DNA of 64,000 nt from Schmidtea polychroa. Its lineage: Eukaryota. The notes under the pieces were generated by a model. That model searched no databases, was not told the DNA's origin, and saw nothing but the letters and a program-made list of their open reading frames with translations. Positions 36,598-51,500 of this stretch are shown in pieces (the first letter of the stretch is position 1; the number at the start of each line of letters is the position of its first letter). A program made the translations under genes and the position numbers. Where the stretch lies: contig CM097885.1 of NCBI GenBank assembly GCA_044892525.1, positions 121,892,001-121,956,000 on the forward strand, in the 5' to 3' direction.

Positions 36598-39500
36598 ATG
36601 GTAAGTCGAATTTTCAATTTTTAAAAGAGCTCTTATTTTTTAAGAATGTGTAAAATATTTGTGTATTTCTGTAATTTCATCTAATCTATGAAAATTTAAA
36701 GTCTAATAGTACTTTATAATATATATTTCCTTTATATTTAAATAAATAAGATATTTTATAGCCTTTGTCAATCAATAATTTTAAGATAATCAAGCAGATA
36801 ACGAAAGGCGCATATGGGTATTAATTAATTAGATAACATAAAATTTAATAATTTCTAGTAAAGTTTTCTTGGGAACGAAAAAGGGTGATAAAACGAAATA
36901 TTATGCTATTAAAATGGTTTCAAAACAAGAAATGAAAAATAAAAATCTTTTTCATCAAAGTGAATTTATCTTATTTTCATATTTGAATTTGATATATTTT
37001 TAGTTAATGCTGAACGAAATGCTCTTGCTATTAGTCACTGTTCATATATTGTTCATTTATATTATTCATTGCAAACAGAAAAAAATGTTTATTTGGTAAT
37101 TTAAAGTGATTATGACATTAAATTTTAAAATAATTCAAAATTTTACATTCATTTAAAATTCCAAATATCGCTCACTTTATTTTAAGTTATATTTTTGAAA
37201 GAATGATTTCATTTGATATTTATTTCGGAAATTATTTGATAATTAAACTTTTTGGATATGTTGACGAGGATTTAGAAATTTCAAATTAACGCCACGCAAT
37301 AATAAAGCTTTCTTTGTAATCCTTATATAACAATTTCCATTGCCGGCGCCCGTTGCTCTCTGCCTAACGAAACCTATCTCGAAACTCATTACATATAGAG
37401 TTAAAAAGACAGGCAGATAAGTTTTAACTCAGAGGTTTAAATAAATATGTTTTGGAATTTGAAATTATTCACTCATCTGGTTTTAATTTTATAATATTCG
37501 ATGGAGAATATGATTAAAGTTAATTGAAATACAAATATATTTCCTTTATAAATATTACACGTGTCAATTATAGTATTTAGAGCTGGGGTTCCCAAACATC
37601 TACCGATTGAGGCCAACTACGTTTTCGCGACTTGTAAAAAACAAGGATAAAAGTACAAACTTAAATTTATATATTTATTAAAAGCACACAATTAAGAGGA
37701 TTCATAAGATCGATCAGTTCGACATCAATTTTTGTATTTTTTATTTTATCGATATTTATTTTGTATTGTTATTGCCGAAAATCCAACTTCGCAAATATAT
37801 GAAGTTGTGAAAGGAAGCAATTTGCAATGTAAACCAAAACTGTAACTATTTTTTACAGTCAAAATTAAATTTTACAGCACTATCTTCATACAATTCAATC
37901 AATTCCTCTTTTATCGATTACCACTTTGAAATCGATTTATAACCCATGTTTATTTATCAAAATTTTTCATTTCTTCATAAAATAAGAATCAAAATTTTCC
38001 TCAATGTTCCTTAATTATTAAAGAAATTAAATCATTATCTGGTGTTACTTCATTTTCAATGATAGAAGTTTGGAATGCATGAAAGCAGTCATATTTACAA
38101 TCTTGAACATTTTTTTTCCAAAACAAATTTTTTTATTTTACCATCAACTGAAAATATATCAGTCCATTGGGTTATCTTTGAAATCGGGATGTTTCGCTCC
38201 AATATGTTGTAGTAATTTGTTAGGTCGCATAATAATATCTCCTTACTTAATCCAGAAGAAACTTTACTTTTTATCATTGGTTAAGTTTGAGATCCAAAAT
38301 TTTAAAGTTAATCAAAACAAGTTGTAATACAAAAATTTGCTAAGTATAATTTTTACAAGCACCTAAAACNNNNNNNNNNNNNNNNNNNNNNNNNNNNNNN
38401 NNNNNNNNNNNNNNNNNNNNNNNNNNNNNNNNNNNNNNNNNNNNNNNNNNNNNNNNNNNNNNNNNNNNNNNNNNNNNNNNNNNNNNNNNNNNNNNNNNNN
38501 NNNNNNNNNNNNAAAAATTATGGAAATTTCACGTTTTAAATTACTAATGCGAATTTTAATGACAAAATTAATTCAAAAGATGTAAGTTATTTTAATTTTT
38601 AAATTTATTAAATAATTAAATAAATTATAAGTACTTTTTTCAATTTTCACCTATGATTTCTTTTTCAATTGATATCGAATTTATTAGTTTTTTGAATATC
38701 AATATTTTAAATTTATAATTTCAATTGCCCATAATTTACTATTTTATCAAAGATTTTGTAAAATAATTTTTAACGGGGTATAAATAATTTTTAACAAATA
38801 TTTTCATAAAAATGGGTATATCTTTTTTAGATGGTGTATTTTATCGAATTTTTGCATTTTTAATTTGTTAAAGAAATTTCACTCACCTTGTTCGTTGTTT
38901 CATTAGTTTTTAACCGTTTCTGGAATCCTATTAGCAGGTTTTTGGAATAAAAGATAATTTGCATTGAATTCATAATCTTTCTCAATTTTAGTAAAATGCA
39001 AATTTTCTTAACTTAAATATTATTATACACATTGTAAAGAAATGCTCGATTTTATTCGTTTTTTTATCGAGCATACTTTCGTCAAAGGTAAAAAGAAATT
39101 TAACTTGATATTTAAATGTGGATTTCTTTAATTAAACATTGCAAGTTTCAAATTGTATTGCTAACAAATTGAAGGAATTTGAATTTTGTAATTTAATTAT
39201 TATGGAAAGAGATGTGAATTTAGATGAGTTTTACATATATATTAGGAATGAATTTTACTATACAATTCATTAATATGTAACATGTTTGTTAGATAATGGA
39301 ATATTTGTGCGGTGGGGATTTGAAAACATTAATACTTGTGAGTGGCAAGTTAGCTTTGAGTGACTCTTCAGTTTACTCCAGGGAAATTATGACTGCATTA
39401 GAGTATCTGCATAATCATAAAATCATTCACAGGTATTAATGAAATTAAATTTTACAATTACATTTACATTAAACAGAGACCTGAAGCCGGATAATATTCT

Positions 39501-42500
39501 AATTGCTAATGATGGCCATTTAAAACTTACCGATTTTGGATTAAGCAAAGTGACATTATCAAATCCAAGTAAATGTTATTTTTTTTTTTTTTTTTTTGAA
39601 TACATTTTCATATAAATAAATCTGTTTTATTGCACAAATGGAAACTGTTTTTCACACTTTTCCTACCTGGAACCAATAATCTGCGACTGTATGAAGGATA
39701 TCGAATATGTCAATTTTTATTTTCATTGGACTTTCCAAGGTATTGGAACAGCCTTATCATTACAATAATTTAAGTGTCATCAATTCAGCACAATGATTTA
39801 TATTCACTTATTCTTGAACAGTAGTTTTAATATGAATATTTTTAAAAATTATAAAAAAATTTGACGGATGGCGTGAGTCATGTCCGTAAACTGTCACACG
39901 CTGTTGAAATGTCTTTGATATTTGTCTCCAACATCTTTCGAATGACACGAATAATGAGGTAGAACTACTTGTGCATTACTAACAATAGTTTCCGACGTGA
40001 TCTTTTCCAGAAAATAACATTTATGTACGACTGAGATGTAAAGTTAATTTTAATATTGTTCTTATCAAATCAACGAATTCTATCACTCGAGCGAGTATTT
40101 CGAGCTTGTAAAATTCTATCTCAAGCAAATTTCCATATATTTTAATCTTCATCACCAATGGCTGCCAACAAGATATTCTCAGGATGACAAAAGCAGTTGT
40201 TGTTTTGGAGTACTGGAGCGACGACAGTTTGATCAGTTTTGTCAAGTTTCTGGTACAATGGCTCCATCCTGGCACGTTGGATGTAATTTTATATGAAACC
40301 ACGATGGTGCATAAAAATTGAGTTTGAAGTTCAGACCTACTAATGAGCAGCATGTGGAAATATATCGACACAAACTATAAATTACACTAAGTGTTCCAAT
40401 ATTTTTGACCAATTGAAAATCAATTGAAACTTTGGCATTTAGGTAAAATATCTATATAAATATGATTTATTTGGTTGCTTCATTTTCCTTAGAGTATGTA
40501 CTATGTCAACATATGTACTATTTCAACGCATTTCACACTATTTATTACTTAGATAGCATTTCATTAGTGTTACCTTTGATATGATTTTGATATGATCCTT
40601 TTAATTTTTATTATATTTTATTTTCTCTGGCTTTATGTCATTGAAAGAGTGGAATTTTAAATATGAAATTATTTATAAAAATTTAACTCATGTTTAGATC
40701 TACAACTCAATGAAATCCTTTATACTCCTTCTAAAAGTAGATCTGAAATGAATGCAGAATATTTGCGTACACCAAATCAATTGTTTTCTTTGATGGATAG
40801 ATTTGAATCAGTAAAATCTTTGGTCTGAAATCTCTTTATATCTTATTTTTAGGGTAAAATGAAAACTCCAGTAGCACCGTCCAAACGAATACCTCAAACT
40901 GATTTGAAAGTAAAACAGTCTCGTCAAAAAAAACCTGAAGTTTTAGGTGATAGTTTTGACGCTTTCATTTTAACTCAAAACCGAAAGTTTTATGAAAATA
41001 AAGAAAATCGTCCTGCAAATAATATAGAAAATGAATCTGAGATAATAAGTGGCATAGTATGATAATTCGTCTAATTTAGAGTTATTTGAAGAGGTTATAG
41101 AGAAATTGTAGCTTAGATGTAAAATCACCTACAAAACTCAAACAAGAAGATGAAAATGAAAATTTGCAATTCCAAAATAATTTCAAAACCCCTGAACGTA
41201 AACATCCAATGAAAACATCGACTCCTTTGTTTAAAAAGCAATTAAACGTTAATAACAACTTGCCTAGTCGTGCTAGTGATGTCCTACATTATGTAAGCAA
41301 AATCTTTTATAATTACTAAAAGCTTTTAGCATCTTACTTTTAATGTCCTTTATTTTCTAATCTTTTTCAGTTGATCAATATTTTTTTAATTTTTCACATA
41401 AAATATTAATCGATAATCTAAAAACGAAATGNNNNNNNNNNNNNNNNNNNNNNNNNNNNNNNNNNNNNNNNNNNNNNNNNNNNNNNNNNNNNNNNNNNNN
41501 NNNNNNNNNNNNNNNNNNNNNNNNNNNNNNNNNNNNNNNNNNNNNNNNNNNNNNNNNNNNNNNNNNNNNNNNNNNNNNNNNNNNNNNNNNNNNNNNTGAC
41601 TGCGAATCAGTAAATATATCGATGTTTTTGATATTTACGAATTTTCGGCACTACCTGCTTCAAGTGAATTTTAGGCTCTTTTAGACCTGTGAACCCTACA
41701 TACAGAAATTCATACATTTTTTGGAATATATACAGACGCCAACGGTTTCTTTGGAGTAGTAAAGTTATAAGATGATACAAGAAAATTTGTACACAAGAGC
41801 AACTAAGTAATCAAGCATTTATATGAAAACAAACAAATGTAATTATATAATTTTTTCAAAGTTTTATATGCTCATTCTTCATAGTAGACCGATTTTACTT
41901 TCCAGATTAATACAAATTCAGCATTATTTTGTTTTAATAATACACTAAATAATATAGTTATGAAAAGAGGATATACAAATTCTAATGGGATATAAATGCA
42001 CTCAAGGATCATGAACAATTCGACAAAGTTTGCATCATGCGTGAGTCAGCACACACTTGATAGTATTGCTCGATTATAGTTTGATGAAATAGCTCGGTAT
42101 GTTTATTTGTGACCTTCCGTGTACAGGGGAAAGAAATCAAAGACATTTCAAGAAATGAATGTTTTTGGACATAGTTACGTCCATAAGCTGGAATGAAATA
42201 ATTAATTCCTGTATAAATTCTCTGTAGTTTGGAGATTTATGTTTCTTTTAACCTCTTAAGTGCCTATGACGGATATATACGTCATCAACATATGCATTAC
42301 AACATGCATAAGACGAATAAAAATATATCATAAATATTACTTTTGTTAACATATTATCTTAATAAATATCATCCAATAAGATATTATTTTATTTTTTGTA
42401 ACACTATGCCCAAGACGTATATATACGCTAGCGGATAACAAAACTCGCCACTGAGGAGCGCATTTCGCTTGACGAAATAAACCACTGAAGAGGTTAAACA

Positions 42501-45500
42501 AAAAAAAACTGATAAATATAGAGTTCGTGGTCTACTTTTTACTTAACCAGATAAAATTTACCTAAAAGATTTCCCACGCAAGTTTTATCGATTCTCCTTC
42601 ATGCTACGATAAAACCGAATTTAGATAAGCCTCCATACTTGGTTTCCTATTTATACATGGTGACCTTTTACTTCTGGTATAATGCATCCGCTGTCCTAAA
42701 ATATGTTTTGCATCATGTTCCCATTCGCTGATATCCGTTTCTGATGTTTCAAAAGATTCTTTATCGCTATCTGTAAATATGTCTTCACCAAAGAAAGGAA
42801 CAGCTGGTTCTTCTCCTAAATCATAAGGTTGCTGAGGGAAAATCGGGGTAGATGATGTGCTTTGTTGTTTTCTTATTAAAGTCATTTCTTTCAAGTAGAA
42901 ACAACAATCTGTTACATGATCGTTTTGGAGGTGTCATGCTATAGGTGTTCAAAATCATAATTTCTTAATTTATCCTGAATTCACCACACATGAACTAGAA
43001 ATAAATTTCTTCCTAGTTTTATCTTAAAAAGTCTTCACTTGTAGATAAATGAACTTAAATGTACCACAAATATACCAGAACTTGTCAGGATGATTAACAC
43101 ATCCTCGATCATGGTGCGTTGAACGTTTACCAAAACAAAATAAAAAAATTTAAAATAAGAATAAGTTACCAACTTACAGAATCTTAAATAGAACTAGAAA
43201 TTATGAATAACAGAAAAGTCATAAAAAGTTAAATAACGTATGAGGTAATATTATAAAAAACAAATACTATAATTACAAACATGATTAACATCATAAATGC
43301 TATTCTTGTTATTTGTAGTTTTATTGATAATAATTGCATTTAATAATTTTAGCAAACGCAACATAGATGAGCCAAATATCAATACAAGATATTTACTTAA
43401 GAAAATTTAATATTTACAAATTCCTTAAAAAGTGAACTTTCTACGGTATTAAAATTAAAGTTTTTCCTCATATTTTAACATGTTCTGAAATCTTACAAAG
43501 GATATTTGTTTGCAAAAATTCATCTCGGGCAGTGCACTTTGTGATCTTTTTTCATTTCACCACAAAATCATTCTCTTCATACTAAATGTTAACTTTTACA
43601 AATTTCACGTTAAAATTTATTATTTAAATATAAATCTGCGATAATAATTTTAATATTTAAATAAAATATTATAAAAGGGGAATACTGTCAAAATCGGAAA
43701 AGCATATTGATTTTTATTTCGTTTTATCTGACTGAATTTTTTAACCTTGATTGTTTTATCTTTTTTTGTTAAGCGGATTTTACTAATGAAAATTTCTAAC
43801 ATACTATTATATTATATTATGTACTGATTTTTGTATAAATTATCTGACATTCTGTGTATAAAGGGCTTCTCCAATCTTTGATTTTCTTCCAATTATGAGT
43901 TAATAACATACTCAATTTTCACTTTTTATGTGCAATTTCACTTTCCATGCCATTTATATCATTTACTTGGAGAACAAAAAAACTGTGTATGTTGTACAAA
44001 ATAAAGGATATTTGAATAACCCACGACTTCAGCTAAGAGTAGAACGAGCCTTTGATAAAGATTTTGGGAGTGTTTTTTCTTATAAACACCGATTGAGAAA
44101 TTGGGTGACGTAGTTCAATCTTATAACTTGAAGTGCAAGCGATATTATATTTTAAAATAGCTTGCTACATTTTGAAATAAGCGTGAAATAATTTTAAACA
44201 TTTAAATCGGTATTTTGTAAGTCGAGAATGTTGAATCGTTAAAATTTATATATTATCTTGATTGTATTATCCAAAAATATCCAAATAATTATCTCTATTC
44301 TCTTAACGGTCTCGCCCAAGCATACTCGGGCAATAAAAAAAGAAAATTTTGTATATCCCGAGTATACTCGAACAAATCCATTGAGAAAATCAGTTGTTAA
44401 AAAATATTTTTTTTTCAGTAAATAATAAAAATTTTCTTACCACTTACATCCAAATAACTTATTCTTTCATAAAATAAAACAAACAAATATGGTTTTTTTG
44501 ACCGGTTTTCCCGGCATTAATTCGACGGGTAAGAGGTTTTAATATATCAAGTTATTATAAAAAAATAATTTAAACGAAGTGTTCGGAATTTAATGAACAT
44601 AACTTTTTCGAAGCGGAAAATGGTGACATGGAATAATGTTGGAATTGTGTTCATAATGTTATATATAATATATTATAAGAACTTTTTTCAATTTTCACCA
44701 CTGATTTCTTTTCATTTGACATTGTATTTATTAAAAAACTTGACTATGAATCAGTAAATATATTGATGTTTTTTTGATATATTTACTGATTCATATATAG
44801 GGATTATAGATAAATAGATAGATAATCAGTAAGTCAGTCAAATGGTCTTGTAGTGATTACTAAATGGAAATAAACAAAGATTTGATTGCGTAAAATATTA
44901 GAAATCTCACATTAATATTGGGAATAATTAGAATAATAATTATAGTTTTGAAATTTACAAAAATAGGTCACGTCGATTTTTTATAAAAACCGAAATGATT
45001 TGTTCTTGAATTTTTATAATTTAACTAAACTCGGCTGAATTAATATCACATTTTTTGAAATTATCATAATTTGAATCTTTTTCAAAGAAAATCGTATGAA
45101 GATGAATTTTTTTCTTGTGAAAATTAATATTAACCAATAAACAAGTTGGGATGTATGAGGACGTCTGAGAAAATAGTAGTGACTATTGGTAGGACGCATA
45201 ACAACATCCTCAAAATATTTGTGGTGCGCAGAAACAAACAGGACGTTTATTTATGTCACACTGTCTTGAATTAATATATTAAATGTATCGGGCATGACCT
45301 AGGGAAAATCACACGCCCATTGCAAGTTGCGTAATTGGAGAGGGAACTGTCCGGTTAACAGGTTAAGCATTTGTAACACATTTGTTGCAAATTTGGCTAT
45401 GTACACCTAATCATCTGTTTGTAGTTTCTTTAATGATAAGTTAGACTCTTGGTGGAGTTATTATTAAATGTAAAATTCTGCTATATGATAACCATGATGA

Positions 45501-48500
45501 TAAATAGAAAATATTTGGTGCAATTGTATGATGGCAATGATTTTAATGCATATTTTATCTAGAAGTTCTTTATCTCCGAAAACAAAATTAAAAACTGTCT
45601 TTATTTTCTAATTGGCTTATAAAGTGTTATGATTTTTCTACAATTTTAGCTTGATTTAACAAACGATGGAAGAGTTTTAGGAACACCAGATTATTTACCT
45701 CCAGAAATTTTGATAAATTCTAAATACAGACTTCAAGGTCCTCCCGTAGATTGGTGGGCTCTTGGAGTTATCATTTTTGAAATGCTAACTGGTACTACAC
45801 CATTCTCAGGAGAAACAGTTGAACAGATATTTAGCAACATTACAAAAATTAGTTAGTCTATGTTTTCAAAATCTATTAAAATTTAATATTTATTTATAAA
45901 ATATATTTAAATAAACTAATAAATAACAATGGTAGCAACATTTTTTTAAATATATTTTTGCAATATATCCTAACAGTTCAGGTCTCATCACCAGACACTA
46001 AATCAGTGCCGCGTGAAATGGTTTTGGGGGTACGCCTCAAAAATGACGACTTATGAAAATTTTACAATTTAAACCTTTCCCTTAATGTGCTAAAAAGTCC
46101 CGGTCTACTAAGTGCTGCCGTTCATTCATCCTCGATGGCAAACAAGTAAATAAGTAAAAATATATGTTTGGCTGAAACGGGGCGCTAGAAAATACTCGAA
46201 ACTGTCATTTCAGGTCATTTGAGTTGTATTATGAAATATTGCGTTAGTAGTTAACCAAAACGTAGAATGAACTCCCAGACAGATTTCATTGAATGAATAA
46301 AGTTGCATTTGCTCTTTTTAGTGTTTTCGGTTACTGTGAGCAAACATTCTCTATTATGAAAAATAAATTCGTATTGCAATTGTATAACTGAAGGAAGTTG
46401 GGAAATGGGTATATAATGAACCAAATATTGAAGTGTTAGTTTAGAAAAATTTGAAACTCAAGAGAGTCCTTAAAGTTTAATATTGTAATTTTTTATGATG
46501 TTTTTATGTAGTGTTTATATTATAGTCAAATAAAATTTAGCTTAATATAGATTTTTAGTTTTATTTCAGTAACACGCGAAATGGTCAGAACTTTTAATTA
46601 TCAGTGAATTTGTGTTGCAACTTTTTCACTAAACTATTCACTAAAATTAAACAACTTGACAAGGTCGTTCTTAATTAACAAATACAATTTAAAAAGGAAA
46701 ATCACAAACAAAAACAAATTTCGCAAAATAAAGTCGAAAAATAAAAATGGAAATAACCAAATAAAATTGTATATTTCGACTGCTGTTCGAGATAATAGAA
46801 GAATTACAGATGACCCAAAGGAATGTGATGGAAGCAGAAATCCAAAATATAATAATTATCTGTAAGTACTAGATTGCAAAGTATAAAAGTGAAACACCTT
46901 AGATTATAATATAACGAAAAAGGAAAACGGACACGAGAAAACAGAATTAAAATGAAACTATACTGGGAAGACAAATCTAATTACGAAATTAATGGAAAAA
47001 CATTGTCAGATCGGAGAAGCAATTTAAAACAAATTAATAAAGTTATTTATCGCAAGTATAGGGTGATTTCAAGTCGAAGAAACTAGATCGATTTTGTCAA
47101 TTATTCAAATCAGAAGCAGTTTTGAGTGGTCTTGAATTTCAAGTTTTATTGAAGTAGGGTATAGTGAGCTTTCTAGCACACATCCCCCTGTATAGATCAT
47201 ATTATATAATGGGCTAATGCCATATAAGGTCAAATTTAAAGGCAATTTCGATTTAAGGGTCGGGTGGGTTTGTTAAGGGTTCAAATGGGTAGTATAAGCA
47301 TAGAGTTTGCAAATAAACCGCCTTTTTACAAACCGCAGTTTCCGGTTTTCAATTTTCCCAAACCGGCGGTTTAGGTTCGGTTTTCGGTTTTCAGTTTATA
47401 AATTTTTATTGCATAATTTGATCANNNNNNNNNNNNNNNNNNNNNNNNNNNNNNNNNNNNNNNNNNNNNNNNNNNNNNNNNNNNNNNNNNNNNNNNNNNN
47501 NNNNNNNNNNNNNNNNNNNNNNNNNNNNNNNNNNNNNNNNNNNNNNNNNNNNNNNNNNNNNNNNNNNGGTACGGGGCGGTACGCTCGTACCGGTTGTTAA
47601 CATTTTTAAAATTTTCCGTACCGGTTGCTGTATATTAAAAAAAAAGTATGTTTTTAAGTAAAAGTATGTAAAAGTAAAAGTATTGATAAAAACATTCTAA
47701 ATTACTAAAAAAAATAAATATTTACCTGCCATTATCGATCAAATACAAAAAATCTTACAATAAAATAAAAATTTGGGATTTAAAATTTTTTTCGGTTTTA
47801 GTAAAAAAAATCTACTTAAAACTGTCTAATTTGAATTTTAGTACTTTTAATTTCCACTACAATCCAAGAGATGGCATTGAATTATAGAACAAAATTTATG
47901 GAATTGAAAAATTCCTACTGAGCATGTGTAAAGTTGCATTTTAATAGGTGGTTTCACCGCGTAACCACTAAGCTTGAAAGGGTTAACGGAAAATTCTGTA
48001 AAAAAAAATATTTTTCTTTTAATAAAAAGGGAATTTCTCTTTTTGAATACATTTTTATTTTGATATATTTACTCTAAATAAAAAGTTTAGTAGTATAAAT
48101 ATTTTTTATGGTGAATGGTTATCCCTTACTTTTAATCTCTATTAAATTCAGTTTTAACGTGCAAGTATGAAGATTTTAAATTGATTTAAATTTCTAATTA
48201 ATTATTAATTAATTATTAAATATTTTCTTTGTTTCAACCTAAGAATGAAAAGGCAAGGTAATTTGGATGACTTTTTTAGCAAATCTATAAAAATAACCAA
48301 AAACCCTGAACAGCAAGCTGAGAATATTACTAATTCTAATCAAACAAAACAGGTAAAAGAAAAAAATGATACTTCTGAAGTTCAACACCAATCGGAAAAA
48401 GCTGGAACGTCTCGTGATGCTGCGTTATTACATTTTTGGAATGATAAACAACTAAATTATTTTAAAACTAAATACGAGTGGCTTATTGTTGTTAGCGATG

Positions 48501-51500
48501 AAAATGTGGGATGTCAGTGGTGTTCGAAAGTAGAATCGTTAAATTTAGAAACTGCTAAACATTTACACATTTCTGTGGAGTGGAAATCATGCTCTGTCAA
48601 AGCTCATGGCTCGAACAAAGAAAATTTACAATCATCAATGAGAAAAAAATTGAAGGAACACAATGAATCAGCTTCACATAAAAAAGCTGGGGAAATAATA
48701 AAAATTGGTGAAACAAATATAATTTCCAAATCTTTCGATGTGGCTAATGAAAAGTATTTAAACAGCACAGTAAACATTTTTAATACTATCTATTTCATAA
48801 TTAAAAACAATTACCCATTCAGTGATTTTAAAAAATTAATTGATTTACAGAAAAAAAATAATGTAGATTTTGGATTTTCATTACATTCCAGATTTATAGT
48901 TCCACTTGTCGCAAAGCTTATATCTACAGAAATAAGAAGAATTAGTTTTGGAAAACTGATAAATACAGGTTGTAAAATTTCAATTATTATTGATGAAGCC
49001 TCAACTGTTTCACACAAAAGCGTTTTAGTAGTTTATTTGAAATCTGAAATTCAAGATTCCGATGATAGTGTAACAGTTTTTATTGATCTTGTCGAATTAG
49101 ATGGAACAACATCAGAAATAATTTTTAAAACCTTAATATCAGTTCTTGAAAAACATGGTTTTAATGAAAAATATTTACATGAAAATCTTATTGGATTTTG
49201 CTCAGACGGTGCTAGTGTAATGTTAGGAAAAAAGGCTGGAGTTTCTGCAAGAATTTTAGAACATTTTCCAGGTATTAGCATCTGTCACTGTTTAGCTCAT
49301 CGTATTCAGTTAACTCTAGATGATGTTATCAAAGAAGTAAATGAAGTAAATAACTTTAGATATTTTCTCGATAAACTTTATTCGTATTATCATACTTCAA
49401 ATAAACATCAACGAGAATTAAATAATGTTTCTAAAGAACTTGGCACTGAAGTACACAAAATAGGTAGAATATTTGGTCCTCGATGGGCAGCCTGTAGCGC
49501 TAGGACCGCCAAAGCAGTTTGGAAATCATATCAGGCCTTATATATTCACTTTAGTCAAAATAAAGAAATTGGAATAATGTCATATTTCAAAAATGAAAAC
49601 TTTTTAAAAGATTTAGGTTTAATAAACGACATATTAGAAGAAATTTCTGTACTGTCTACAGCTTTACAAGAAAGAGATATTTCATTAATTAGAGCTGATA
49701 GATTGATAAGGCGAACGATTAATCTATTCCAACATTTAAAATTAAATAAAGGAACATATGAAAAAGAAGCAGATGATATTATTAAAACGAAAAAATACAA
49801 TATTCCATTTGAAATTAATAGAAAAAAAACATCAATTGTTGTTTCGAGAGATAAATTTTTTGATTGTTTAGAAAAACATATGAAAACGCGTTTGCTATTA
49901 GACGATAAAAATGAAAACTATAATAATCTCTTAAATTGCTTTAATTTATTAAATCCAGAAACATGGCCAGGTGATATTTTTGAAGCACCATGGATTGAAG
50001 GTGAAAATAGGTTAGAGCAGTTAAATAAAATAATCAAATACATCATTCCAGTAAATGATTTTCGAGATTTTGTTGATGTGCGAGATAGAGAATCTAAAAA
50101 TATTAATACTATTTTGAGAGCAAAAAGAATTTTAAATGTAATTGCTGTTAATTCCGCAGAAGCTGAAAGAGGACTCAGCACAATGAACAATATCATTTAT
50201 GATAAGAGAAATTCGTTGTTAATTGAAACAACAAGTCATTTAATGACAATAAATTTAATGGGAAAATCGATTGAGGATTTTGATGCAACACCATATGTTA
50301 AATTATGGTTGCGAGAAGGGCATCATATGGCAAGTGACAAACGTGTCAAAGCAGCCGCACCTAATTTGCCGTCCCAAAACCAAAATTTAATTTGGAAATT
50401 ATTTAATTAATTTTATATACTATTTTTTATACTATTATATATAATATATGTATTTCTTATGTAAATATGTAAATAAATAACTATTATGAAGTAAATATAA
50501 TCTACAATAGATTTTTTTCCATGCGTACCGGTTGTTAAAAAATTCGAATATCACCACTGTATATATATATATATATATAAATTATATAAAAATTTAAATT
50601 ATAAGACAGTTAGACATAGAATATTAAAATTAAACAAAACAAAAACATTACAAAATTCAAAAGGAATAAAAAATTAAAGTAAAAAAATTCATACGTTTAG
50701 AAATTATTTATTCTAAAATATTTTAAAAAAATTAGAGAATTCAATGAGTTTCCGGCTGAAATTAGCTGAAACTAAAAATACTCTTTCAGATTCGGTGGAT
50801 GTTGGGCGTATCGTTAAAATTGCGTCATACAATTGTTGAAGAATTATAGTTCTCTTGCCGGTTTTCTTATAAATTGAAATTTCATCTCTTAGAGAACTAA
50901 ATTGTTTTTCTACTCCCTCTTTGGCAGCCTTATTTATTGCAGCATTGATTTCATCTTGCCGAGAAGCAATATCGCCATCAATGCTCACATCATCTAAGCT
51001 TTCTCCATAATTTTCATCTGCTGATGTCGCTATATTATCTACTTAGAAAACTTGAACCAAAATTTAAAATTTCTTTTGTTGGTACTTTTTGTTGAAGAAG
51101 GCAGGATAACAAAGGATAACAATATAACAATATTCTCACGTGAACACAATCTTGCTTTGATATTATCTTTAAGTTCATCAATTTTGGAAAAACTTGTTAC
51201 TTCAATGTCATCTAACTTCTTCAATAAGAAATTAATTGCACCTTTGGCAGTTATTAAATTCGCATTCTTTCTACCCAACGCAAGAACAGTCAGTAATAAT
51301 GGTTCCATAATGGCGCACAACTGTTTAAGCACTTCAAAATCGATTCCTCGAATTAAATTACAAGCATTTAATTCTTTTAATACTTCTTCGATGGGTTTAC
51401 TACATTTTAAAAATGTCTCTAACGTAGGATGAATTGAATTCCATCTATGTTTCACATTAAGTTTTAGATGTAGTTCATGACCAAGTTCGATACAAATTTT

